A stretch of DNA of 32,000 nucleotides, from the NCBI RefSeq assembly GCF_000018105.1, contig NC_009925.1, positions 240,001 to 272,000 of the forward strand, read 5' to 3'. The notes under the pieces are model-generated. The model searched no databases, was not told the DNA's origin, and saw only the letters and a list, made by a program, of their open reading frames with translations. Position 1 is the first letter of the stretch, and each line of letters starts with the position of its first letter. Below are positions 9,086 to 17,479 of the stretch, in pieces. This stretch comes from Acaryochloris marina MBIC11017. GTDB lineage: Bacteria; Cyanobacteriota; Cyanobacteriia; Thermosynechococcales; Thermosynechococcaceae. Both the position numbers and the translations under genes were made by a program.

Positions 9086-9981
9086 GAGGCTGTTTGAGAA
9101 GTCAGGGAAGCTCTCAAGAGAGTAATCTGTCACTGTAGAATTTCTGACAGGAACTTGAGAGCAATGTCTACAGCTTACGATAGCGACCTAACAGCAGAGC
9201 AATGGGAATTACTCGAACCTCTGATTCCCGCTGCTAAACCAGGAGGCAGACCACGAACCACTGATATGCTCAGTGTGGTTAATGCCATCTTTTATCTCGT
9301 TGTGACCGGCTGTCAGTGGCGACAGTTGCCTCATGATTTTCACTGCTGGTCAACGGTGTATAGCTATTTTCGAAAGTGGCGTGATGATGGTACTTGGAGG
9401 CAAATCAATGAACATCTACGGATGCAAGTCCGGGTGAGTGAAGACCGTCATCCGAGTCCCAGTGCAGCTATCTGTGATGCTCAATCGGTCAAAGTGGGCA
9501 ATCCTCGGTGTCAATCCATTGGGTTTGATGGTGGCAAACTCATCAAGGGGCGTAAGCGTCATGTCCTCGTTGATACCTTGGGTCTAATCCTGATGGTGGT
9601 CGTCACTGCTGCGAATATCTCTGACCAACGGGGGGCCAAAATTCTGTTTTGGAAAGCTCGACGCCAAGGGGCGAGCCTGGGCCGTTTGGTTCGGATATGG
9701 GCAGATGCTGGCTATCAAGGAGAAGCCTTGATGCAGTGGGTCATGGACCGTTTTCGCTATATTTTGGAAGTCATCAAACGCTCTGATAATTTAGCTGGGT
9801 TCAAGGTTGTTCCCAAACGATGGATTGTAGAGCGGACGTTTGGATGGTTGTTGTGGTCTCGACGGCTCAACAAAGATTATGAAGTGCTGACCAGAACGGC
9901 TGAAGCCCTTGTTTATGTGGCGATGATTCGACTGATGGTTCGAAGGCTGGCGCAGGAATACTAAACTTTTCAAACAGCCTC
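9086..9981 (+). mobile_element. intact IS5-family insertion sequence (896 bp)
   Basis: Terminal inverted repeats are GAGGCTGTTTGAGAAGT (9086..9102) and ACTTTTCAAACAGCCTC (9965..9981), matching at 16 of 17 positions. They are flanked by direct TAA copies at 9083..9085 and 9982..9984. The element contains a single transposase ORF. Confidence 0.85.
9164..9964 (+). CDS. IS5-family DDE transposase (DUF4096 N-domain plus DDE_Tnp_1)
   Basis: LTAEQWELLEPLIPAAKPGGRPRTTDMLSVVNAIFYLVVTGCQWRQLPHDF...YFRKWRDDGTW is the canonical IS5/IS4-like N-terminus. The DDE region includes DAQSVK, IWADAGYQGE and RWIVERTFGWL. The ATG is at 9164, with an upstream in-frame TTG at 9155. Confidence 0.9.
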   Translation: MSTAYDSDLTAEQWELLEPLIPAAKPGGRPRTTDMLSVVNAIFYLVVTGCQWRQLPHDFHCWSTVYSYFRKWRDDGTWRQINEHLRMQVRVSEDRHPSPSAAICDAQSVKVGNPRCQSIGFDGGKLIKGRKRHVLVDTLGLILMVVVTAANISDQRGAKILFWKARRQGASLGRLVRIWADAGYQGEALMQWVMDRFRYILEVIKRSDNLAGFKVVPKRWIVERTFGWLLWSRRLNKDYEVLTRTAEALVYVAMIRLMVRRLAQEY

Positions 9982-10365
9982 TAAGATGTGGGACAAACGC
10001 ATAATTAAATTTTGGCAGTAGCACTACAAACTCAACAGTGGAAGAGAATGAGATTAGTTTGAGATCGGATTTTCACCCTGCAAACATAATCTGGCCATTG
10101 GAATACCCCATTGTTGAACAATCATAATAAAATCCGGCAAATATTGGCGCGGGAAATTATGCCTCCCCATTAAGACATTGGATGGAGAGCTGTTGTGGAA
10201 ACTACGCTCTACTGTCTGCAGTAAATATGGCCAAGGGAGATGTGAGTTATTTATGTTCCTAGGACCAGCTGAAACTAGGATTTATTACTGGCAAGTATGC
10301 TCATGTTTATGACGAAAAGGTTAGGATAATTAACCCTAGCCGTCTAATGATCTTTGCTATTTGCC

Positions 10366-11289
10366 ATGACCCAGCTTAAATCGACAGGAAAAAAAGTGGG
10401 GTCTTATGGTGTTAAGCCCAATCCCTATGCTTTCATAGCGTTGCTTCTGGGGGCTATTGGTATTGCATTTGCTCCCATTTTTGTGCGCCTGAGTGAATTA
10501 GGGCCGAGTGCAACAGCATTCTATCGATTGGGATTTGCTGTCCCTCTATTGGGAGTTTGGTTATGGACCTCCCGACCTGCTACATCCTTCCCCGTGAATG
10601 AACAGCGTGTAACGGGGTTGCCTCTGATATCAGCAGGGTGTTTCTTTGCAGCAGATTTGGCGGTTTGGCATTGGTCTATTCAATTTACCTCTGTTGCCAA
10701 TGCAACCTTGTTGGCTAACTTCGCCCCTATTTTTGTGGTGTTAGGGGGTTGGCTACTGTTTGGGGAAACTGTTTCACGATGGTTTTTGGTTGCCATTGCT
10801 CTAGTTCTCTTAGGGGCGACCCTATTAGTCAGTGCGAGTATCGATACTCAACATGTATTTGGGGATGCCTTAGGACTGCTTACGGCCATTTTCTACGCTG
10901 GATATATTCTGTCTGTGGCTCGGTTACGTTTGCATTTCCCGACAGCAACTATCGCCTTTGCCTGCAGCATCGTTGGAGCTACGATTTTGTTTTTTATCGC
11001 TTGGCTGTCGGGAGAAGGATTCTTACCTATGACGATGACTGGGTGGTTATCGTTAGTGGGATTAGCCTGTATTTCGCAGGTGATCGGCCAAAGTTTGATT
11101 ATGTTTGCTTTGGCCCATTTGCCTTCCGCATTTGCTTCAGTCAGTTTGCTGCTACAACCGGTTACGGCGGCAATTTTAGCTTGGCGATTGTTTGGGGAGG
11201 CGCTGACCCTGCAGCAAGGCTTTGGGGGCGTTATTGTATTGGCAGGGATTGTTCTGGCTCGTTGGAGCGATCGCAAACCCGTATCATAG
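10366..11289 (+). CDS. EamA/DMT-superfamily transporter
   Basis: About 10 hydrophobic helices in a two-repeat layout, with a typical EamA C-terminal end (GFGGVIVLAGIVLARW). The ATG is at 10366, with an upstream TTG at 10354. The overlapping ORFs 10749..11429 and 10893..11276 are alternative-frame artefacts. Confidence 0.8.
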   Translation: MTQLKSTGKKVGSYGVKPNPYAFIALLLGAIGIAFAPIFVRLSELGPSATAFYRLGFAVPLLGVWLWTSRPATSFPVNEQRVTGLPLISAGCFFAADLAVWHWSIQFTSVANATLLANFAPIFVVLGGWLLFGETVSRWFLVAIALVLLGATLLVSASIDTQHVFGDALGLLTAIFYAGYILSVARLRLHFPTATIAFACSIVGATILFFIAWLSGEGFLPMTMTGWLSLVGLACISQVIGQSLIMFALAHLPSAFASVSLLLQPVTAAILAWRLFGEALTLQQGFGGVIVLAGIVLARWSDRKPVS

Positions 11290-11319
11290 CTTCTGGCAGG
11301 ATCCTTCGAAGAATCGTTT

Positions 11320-11811
11320 ATGCAATGCTCTACGCAACAACTAATTGCTCAACCAATTACTCCAGAGACATTTCAACCCTACGGTCAGGTCATATTTGCT
11401 TCCGAAGATGGGGCCGTTTATGGTCCTGACAATGCTCAATTACATTTAGATCAGGGGATTCCCCGGTTCTATATTGTGCGACTAGAAAAATTGGGCCGAC
11501 GGTTTTCTCGCATTACGCGGCATCTAAAATGTACCCAATGTTTAGGGTCTCTAGCTGGTAAACCTTGGCTGATGGCCGTTGCTCCCCCAGGAGATGCTGC
11601 TCAACCTGCCCTAGACCAGATCACGGCATTTCAAATTCCTGGAGACTGCTTTATCAAATTAGAAGTGGGGACCTGGCATGCGGGTCCTCACTTCGATACC
11701 GACTTTATCGATTTCTATAATTTAGAACTGTCTGACACCAATCAAGTTGATCACGATACATGTAACTTGATCAACCAATATAATGTTGAATTCATCATCA
11801 CGCCCATGTGA
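11320..11811 (+). CDS. ureidoglycolate lyase/hydrolase-family (AllA-like) protein
   Basis: 163 aa. The N-terminus AQPITPETFQPYGQVI and the later HLKCTQCLGSLAGKPWLMAVAPPG resemble the ureidoglycolate lyase fold signature. The call is from motif memory. Confidence 0.55.
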   Translation: MQCSTQQLIAQPITPETFQPYGQVIFASEDGAVYGPDNAQLHLDQGIPRFYIVRLEKLGRRFSRITRHLKCTQCLGSLAGKPWLMAVAPPGDAAQPALDQITAFQIPGDCFIKLEVGTWHAGPHFDTDFIDFYNLELSDTNQVDHDTCNLINQYNVEFIITPM

Positions 11812-12749
11812 TTGCCCTTTCTATTCGTTCGCCAGTGAAGTCCCGTCGTCGTCAATCCCTCCGCCGAAAACTAGCCCAAAGTTTGCCTCAAAAGAGCTAC
11901 TTGAAATTTCAAGACGGCAAATTTAGTATTTCTGGGCTGGGGGTTTGGTATACCTATTGGCGCGATCCTTATCATTTATTACTGACGATTCCTTGGCTGG
12001 GCTTTCTGCTAATTCTGGTCGGCGGCTATTTAGTCATTAATGTATTGTTTGCACTGGCCTATCTGGCTGGGGGAGATTGTATCGCCAATGCGACACCGGG
12101 CTCGTTTTGGGATGCCTTCTTCTTCAGTGTGCAAACTTTGGGGGCCATTGGTTATGGAGCCATGCACCCTACCACGGCTTATGCCAATTTTGTGGTTACG
12201 ATTGAGGCCTTTACTAGCATCCTTAGTGTGGCCTTAATTACAGGTTTGGCGTTTGCGAGATTTTCTCGACCGACAACCCGAGTGTTGTTTAGCCATGTTG
12301 CCGTGATTACACCTTACAATGGCGTCCCAACCTTGATGTTCCGCACCGCCAACCAGCGTCGTAACCAGATTCTTGAAGCTGAAATTAATCTCTATTTTCT
12401 GCAAGATGAAATCAGCACTGAGGGAGACGCGATGCGGCATTTGTATAATCTCAATTTGCTTCGTCCTCGAACGCCTTCATTCACCCTGACTTGGACGGTT
12501 ATGCATCCGATTGATGAATCTAGTCCACTCTATGGTGCTACTGCTGAATCCCTTGAACGTACAAAAGCAACCTTAATTGTGACATTGACTGGAATTGATG
12601 ATACAGTGGCTCAATCTTTGCATGCTCGCCATACTTATGGAGCCCTGGATATTATTTGGGATCATAAGTTTATTGATATTTTCCATCAAACTCCAGATGG
12701 GCATCGGTATATTGACTATACCCACTTTCACGATGTCGCTCCCAAGTGA
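11808..12749 (+). CDS. prokaryotic inward-rectifier-type potassium channel (KirBac family)
   Basis: It has two TM helices flanking a pore helix and selectivity filter, FFFSVQTLGAIGYGAM. This matches the KirBac pattern F-F-S-V-E-T-L-x-T-V-G-Y-G as I recall it. A C-terminal beta-rich cytoplasmic domain follows. The GTG start overlaps the previous stop (ATGTGA context), so the exact start is uncertain. Confidence 0.8.
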   Translation: MIALSIRSPVKSRRRQSLRRKLAQSLPQKSYLKFQDGKFSISGLGVWYTYWRDPYHLLLTIPWLGFLLILVGGYLVINVLFALAYLAGGDCIANATPGSFWDAFFFSVQTLGAIGYGAMHPTTAYANFVVTIEAFTSILSVALITGLAFARFSRPTTRVLFSHVAVITPYNGVPTLMFRTANQRRNQILEAEINLYFLQDEISTEGDAMRHLYNLNLLRPRTPSFTLTWTVMHPIDESSPLYGATAESLERTKATLIVTLTGIDDTVAQSLHARHTYGALDIIWDHKFIDIFHQTPDGHRYIDYTHFHDVAPK

Positions 12750-12892
12750 TGAACTTACAGTCAATCGAATGTTTACACATCACTATTTATTAACTCAATT
12801 TAGGGTTTGAGATTGGGGCAAGTCTGGAATAATCTGAGCTAAAAAAGAACTACAACCTGCAAGCTAGAATCGATGTCCTCCTGCAGAAAGAT

Positions 12893-15286
12893 TTAATGGT
12901 GGGTTTGCCCAGAATCTAAATGAGACTGCTGTTGGGTCAGTTTTCTTTGAAAAATTAAAGCCTCTTCAAAAGAGGGATCTGCCTGTAAAGCTTTTTGTAA
13001 ATAGGTAGTCGTTTCTTCTAGTTGTTGCAAATGAAAGTGACACATACTGATGTTGTACAGTGTGGCAGGGTCAGTTCCAGTTAATTGGATAGATTTCTCA
13101 AAATAATCTATTGCATCTGCATATTCAGCTAATTGATACAGCACCATACCTAGATAAAAGGCTAGATCTTGATTCTCGCCAATTGGGTAATAATTAGTCC
13201 AAATCTGATGAATACCTTCAATCAAATCCAATCTTATCGCTGGTGTTGCTGTGTCTAACTGATCTAATAGAGAAGAGAAACAGTCCAAGAAAATCTGAGA
13301 ATCCCAATGGTGAGAATGCAAATACCCTATTAGTTGGGATAAAGAAAGCGTCTCCATTCGCTCAGTCGTTATCTGTACTGAACCCTGCCAAGAGTCTGTC
13401 TCAGTTACTGTTGAATAAAACTGGTAACAGAGTTGTGTTTCTTGATATTGAGTGGGGTGCTTGCCAAAGAGGAGGGCTTGGGTATAGAAATCAGGCGTGT
13501 GGCGATGAGGTTGCAAAACCAGCCCGCCTTGCTGCACGGTATATGCTGCTAGGACATGGTAGTTGACAGGTAAAGATACACTTCCCTGTAGTTTAAACAC
13601 GGGCTCACCATAGCCTTGCCAAGCGTTTTGATGGCAATAGCCAAAGTCGCTGGAAATGATCATAAGCCGGTCTTTAGACAGATGGCGGAAGTAATCTAAG
13701 CAGGATAGAGCAACGGTAGGGAATAAGAAATGAGTTGGATGGTTCGTTTCCGAATAGGTGTAGAGAATGTTATTTGCGATCGCATCTTCGTAATAGTCAG
13801 ATTTATCTAATCCCACATCCGAAAATTGCAACGCTATTTGCCCAAGCGCTCGCCAATCTCGTAACTGATGTCCTGCAGGCGCAAACAGTCTTACCCGGCT
13901 TTCCGACAACTTTCCTGATTCAGTGCAGAATGCATCCTGGGGGAGTTTGCTGAGGACCTGGTTCGCTATCAGAATGATTGGGTTATTTAAGGTGTCTGGC
14001 GTCAAAGAATCACCAGATATTTGTAGAGTTAAATCAGTGGGATATTCAATATCAAAATAAGCAATGTCGAGTGTACCTTCTTTGAAAAAGGGTTGCAGAG
14101 AGGGATGCTGCTTCCAAAACTCAATATTTGCTGTTACAAAATCAGTCAACACATAACAAACTGATATTTTCTTCAAAGTGGGCTGTGATAAAAGAGGCAG
14201 TAAATGATGAAGAACCTGATATGCAAAGTGTCCTGAACCAGCACCTAACTCAATGAGATAAATCTTCTGGGATGCGTCAATGGCTTGATAATTCGCTTTA
14301 TGTCTTCTATTAATGGCACAATAATCTCTTAAGCATGAAAAGATAAGCTGTGCATAGTGACTTGCCTTGGACCTTGCTTGTCTCGAAGATTGTTGTTCAC
14401 ATTCTTGGAGAAAAATAGTGTTCCCTTGTTGTAGGTAATACTGTCGTTGTAAATCCCATATCGTAGATTGCGATAACCGTTTCTCCTCTATAGGAAGATG
14501 GCCTAAATTAGAGGGATGGCTTGTAGAAAATGATGATCCTGAGTTTAGTCCTTTAGGTAAGTCGAGGCCATTAGATAATTGATCAACACTAGATTGAGAA
14601 AATTCTTGTTGATGATATTCAGGACTAATCGTGCCCAGCTCTTCACATAATTTTTTCAACAACACTTGAACATTTTCTTGCTTAACCTCATCCATATTCT
14701 GAACAGATGATTTCCATCTTTGATAAGCTTGAGTGGTTATAAATGAGTTTTGCTGCCCAAGCATATTCGTAAGAGAAGACTCAGTTACTCGCTGTAGGAA
14801 TGGGCTCAAGATTGACCATAAATCTTGCTCTAATGGATCCTGTTCTTCGTGTACGCATAAATAGGCCCATATTGTTTTGGAGTAGACTTCTCTGTTCGCC
14901 TGTGTTTGACGAATGGAAGTGAGTAGCCAGCTGTCAGTTTTTAGTAAGGCGTGCTCAGGGCTGAGTTGTTCTAAGCACCTCAGTCCTGAAGAACCAGGGT
15001 CAGAGAGTGAGAGGAGTCCCGAAAATTCCTCGACTAAATCAGGACGTAGAAATAGCTCAAGATATACATCAATAGAATAGTCAAGAAACTGAAGATCAGT
15101 ATCGACTAAAATTTCATCATAGAGATTAAAAAGCTCAGTTGATTTGATCTGTTTGTATTTATCAGGCGAAACTTGAAAACTCATCCGAAGATAGTTGGCT
15201 TTATGGTTTCGTTTATTCAGTTCAAACTTAGGATTCAGTAGTTCGATGGACCGCTTATTTAGGTCAAGAAGAGTAACGTTAGCCAT
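12893..15286 (-). CDS. large SAM-dependent methyltransferase-like protein (MidA/Methyltransf_28-like core) with an unknown N-terminal ~330 aa and C-terminal TPR repeats
   Basis: 797 aa. SAM motif I is IYLIELGAGSGHFAYQVLHHL. The C-terminal TPR-like repeats are AFYLGMVLYQLAEYADAIDYFEKSIQL...YNISMCHFHLQQLEETTTYLQKALQADP. Its ATG lies 3 nt after the stop of the upstream DUF4157 gene (TAA act ATG). Confidence 0.6.
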   Translation of the reverse strand: MANVTLLDLNKRSIELLNPKFELNKRNHKANYLRMSFQVSPDKYKQIKSTELFNLYDEILVDTDLQFLDYSIDVYLELFLRPDLVEEFSGLLSLSDPGSSGLRCLEQLSPEHALLKTDSWLLTSIRQTQANREVYSKTIWAYLCVHEEQDPLEQDLWSILSPFLQRVTESSLTNMLGQQNSFITTQAYQRWKSSVQNMDEVKQENVQVLLKKLCEELGTISPEYHQQEFSQSSVDQLSNGLDLPKGLNSGSSFSTSHPSNLGHLPIEEKRLSQSTIWDLQRQYYLQQGNTIFLQECEQQSSRQARSKASHYAQLIFSCLRDYCAINRRHKANYQAIDASQKIYLIELGAGSGHFAYQVLHHLLPLLSQPTLKKISVCYVLTDFVTANIEFWKQHPSLQPFFKEGTLDIAYFDIEYPTDLTLQISGDSLTPDTLNNPIILIANQVLSKLPQDAFCTESGKLSESRVRLFAPAGHQLRDWRALGQIALQFSDVGLDKSDYYEDAIANNILYTYSETNHPTHFLFPTVALSCLDYFRHLSKDRLMIISSDFGYCHQNAWQGYGEPVFKLQGSVSLPVNYHVLAAYTVQQGGLVLQPHRHTPDFYTQALLFGKHPTQYQETQLCYQFYSTVTETDSWQGSVQITTERMETLSLSQLIGYLHSHHWDSQIFLDCFSSLLDQLDTATPAIRLDLIEGIHQIWTNYYPIGENQDLAFYLGMVLYQLAEYADAIDYFEKSIQLTGTDPATLYNISMCHFHLQQLEETTTYLQKALQADPSFEEALIFQRKLTQQQSHLDSGQTHH

Positions 15287-15289
15287 AGT

Positions 15290-17341
15290 TTATTGAGCCT
15301 CTGCTGCCGCTTTAGCTTTTCTCCAACTTGCTGCAGCCCGACTTTCCTTAATAGTCGCAACTAGTCCTAGAACAATATTTTTTGCCAATGCAGCTCCTTC
15401 CGTAGCAGCTCCGATGACAATTCCTAGTACTCGACCTATAGCAGTTAGAATCGCTTCAACAGAAGTCATTAATGCAACTAAATTGGGGTGCTTTTTATCA
15501 AAATCATCAATATGAAGTAAAGCTCCTCTCACTGCTTTAATGAGTCCACCAGATGCTCCAAGAATTGAGGCGGCAGCTCCTCCTGTGGCAATTGCCATAA
15601 ATGTGTTGAACGCTAAGCTCAGCAATCCTTCCATCGTGATTAAATTATTGAACCATTTTCCATATTTTTGGATTTTGTCCTCATCTTTTTCTTTCCCTTT
15701 TTTATGAGCTAGCCATGCTCGGCCAAACTTAGAAAGCCCAATCACAATTTGTATACCACCACCAATAGCTGCTGGAACACCAATAATTGCCCCGGCTCCA
15801 CTTCCAATAGCTGGTACAGTCAGAGCTAGAATAATTGCCCCTCCAGCTAAATGGCCAATCCCTTCAGCCCCTAATCGCCACTTATTGGTTTTTGCATTAG
15901 GCTTTGCTGCTTTGAAAAGCCCCCCAATTTTTCCAAAAATCGTCGAGGTATCTGCATTATCTGCTGACTCAGCGTTCTCCTGGCCCAAATCCTCCCCCAC
16001 TGCATCAATAAATCCTTCCCAAGGAATTCGGGAATTGAGTAAACCAGTTTCATCTTTATTGGCTTCTTCACGCCAGCTTGCTGCATCTCTCTCTGCCAGG
16101 GCGTATCCAACCCAAAATGTATGCAGGCTTTGTAAAGACATCTTATTTTCTGCTGCGGTCTCTGTATCTGCAGCTTGTCCTTCTACAAGATAGTAGAATC
16201 TTTGAGTGTCTGGATTGAAGTACCATTGCAATCCATGAATTTGATCTTTGAGTTTGTAGAGTTCTTCATCTTGATTCCAACTATCGGCTAACTCCCGCTG
16301 AATAGAAGGGGATGGATTAGAAGAAATAGAGTCTATAACTGTGGATTTGGGCTGCCGTTTCTCAACCAAAGCATATTGAGGCTGAGCAGGGACTTGTTGA
16401 AAAAGATGCTCCGTCTTCTGAAGCCTGCCATTGGTGGAAGAAGTTTGATGGATGCGTTTATCAGTTATGTATGGAATAACGTTGTTCTTTGCCTGAGAGA
16501 CATGGTTTTGTTTCTCCGACTGCCTCCTCAGGAAGACATCATTGGATTTCCAACACAGTTCCATTGACTTGGATGGTGTTGGCTCCTGATTTTGTTGGGG
16601 TTCAGCTGCAGTTGATTGGGGGTGTAGTGATGGCTGGATAGATTTGCCATTCTGCTGAACGACATGAGTCAGTTCATGGGCGAGGAGTTCCTGGCCTGCT
16701 CGGCTACTCGGTTGGTAGGCTCCTTGGCGAAAGAAAAGATCTTGGCCTGTGGTAAAGGCACGGGCTTGAATAGATTCGTTGAGTTGATGCGCTTTGCGAT
16801 CGCTATGGACTCGCACGCCACCAAAATTTGCTCCAAAAGCTTGTTCCATTGGACCGCGGATCTTATCGTCCAGGGGACGACCACCCCCTCTAGATTGGTT
16901 AATGGCATGTTCTAGGTTGGGGTTCGCATCTTTAGGGCCATTGTGTCGTTGAATAATGGGTTTCATCATCAGCTCATCTTGTTCAGGTAAATCCTGACGT
17001 TGAGCAGATGATGGAGGATTTAGGCCCTTGGGAGAATGCATTTGGGTGACGACCTGCTTGGCCACGCGGTCGGCCTCTTGTTCATATTTATCTCCCGGTG
17101 CTCCAATGGTCAGTTTGGGTTGAATGGGGTTTCCATTGGTTAAGCGTGGTGGCCCCATCTGCACCATACTGGTATCTAATCTCTGAAATTTCTCCAGTCG
17201 TTCTGCATGTTCTGCTAGACCTTCAGCATTCGACTTAGGTTCTACGATGGGGGATGGGGATGTCGGTTGAGTAACGGGTGGGGTAGAAGAAGGGACAGCC
17301 TCTGTTTTGGCTTGCTGTGACTGAGTTTGATGCGTCTGCAC
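15290..17341 (-). CDS. eCIS cargo candidate E3: shared N-terminal leader, DUF4157 (HExxH) domain, Gly/Ala-rich multi-helix membrane C-terminal module
   Basis: GTG start with a GGGGGA SD 6 nt upstream. The DUF4157 hallmarks are IQPKLTIGAPGDKYEQEADRVAKQVV, RGGGRPLDDKIRGPMEQAFGANFGGVRVHSD and LLAHELTHVVQQ. The last 196 aa (15290..15880) are hydrophobic and rich in GxxxG/A motifs. Confidence 0.85.
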   Translation of the reverse strand: MQTHQTQSQQAKTEAVPSSTPPVTQPTSPSPIVEPKSNAEGLAEHAERLEKFQRLDTSMVQMGPPRLTNGNPIQPKLTIGAPGDKYEQEADRVAKQVVTQMHSPKGLNPPSSAQRQDLPEQDELMMKPIIQRHNGPKDANPNLEHAINQSRGGGRPLDDKIRGPMEQAFGANFGGVRVHSDRKAHQLNESIQARAFTTGQDLFFRQGAYQPSSRAGQELLAHELTHVVQQNGKSIQPSLHPQSTAAEPQQNQEPTPSKSMELCWKSNDVFLRRQSEKQNHVSQAKNNVIPYITDKRIHQTSSTNGRLQKTEHLFQQVPAQPQYALVEKRQPKSTVIDSISSNPSPSIQRELADSWNQDEELYKLKDQIHGLQWYFNPDTQRFYYLVEGQAADTETAAENKMSLQSLHTFWVGYALAERDAASWREEANKDETGLLNSRIPWEGFIDAVGEDLGQENAESADNADTSTIFGKIGGLFKAAKPNAKTNKWRLGAEGIGHLAGGAIILALTVPAIGSGAGAIIGVPAAIGGGIQIVIGLSKFGRAWLAHKKGKEKDEDKIQKYGKWFNNLITMEGLLSLAFNTFMAIATGGAAASILGASGGLIKAVRGALLHIDDFDKKHPNLVALMTSVEAILTAIGRVLGIVIGAATEGAALAKNIVLGLVATIKESRAAASWRKAKAAAEAQ

Positions 17342-17479
17342 TGATATTCCCCCAGAATCCGTACGATATCATCGCCGAAGGAATTATCTCACTTCAAAAG
17401 GGTCTCAGGACCTCGCCATTGGGCTAATATTTCTGCCGTTTTCAAAGGCTACCCAACCTCTAAAAATAATTTATGATCA

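Noticed and set aside
8903-10015. About 20-nt similar strings, ATAAACACATTAAATTTTGG (8903..8922) and ACAAACGCATAATTAAATTTTGG (9993..10015), on either side of the IS5 element
   Set aside because: They are AT-rich, imperfect with a 3-nt indel, and asymmetrically placed relative to the IS ends. The true target duplication is the 3-bp TAA. They are likely chance matches or an older local duplication.
10749-11429. 226-aa plus-strand ORF and the 127-aa minus-strand ORF (10893..11276) overlapping the EamA gene
   Set aside because: They are alternative frames of a GC-skewed membrane-protein gene. Their Cys/Trp/Arg-rich composition is implausible, and the EamA frame gives a coherent 10-helix transporter.
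17384-17394. 11-nt match TTATCTCACTT to part of box copy B, 43 nt upstream of the E3 start
   Set aside because: It covers only one arm of the box, with no ATGAGGT partner or 27-mer context. An 11-mer match is too weak on its own. It would be worth revisiting if the regulator is shown to bind half-sites.
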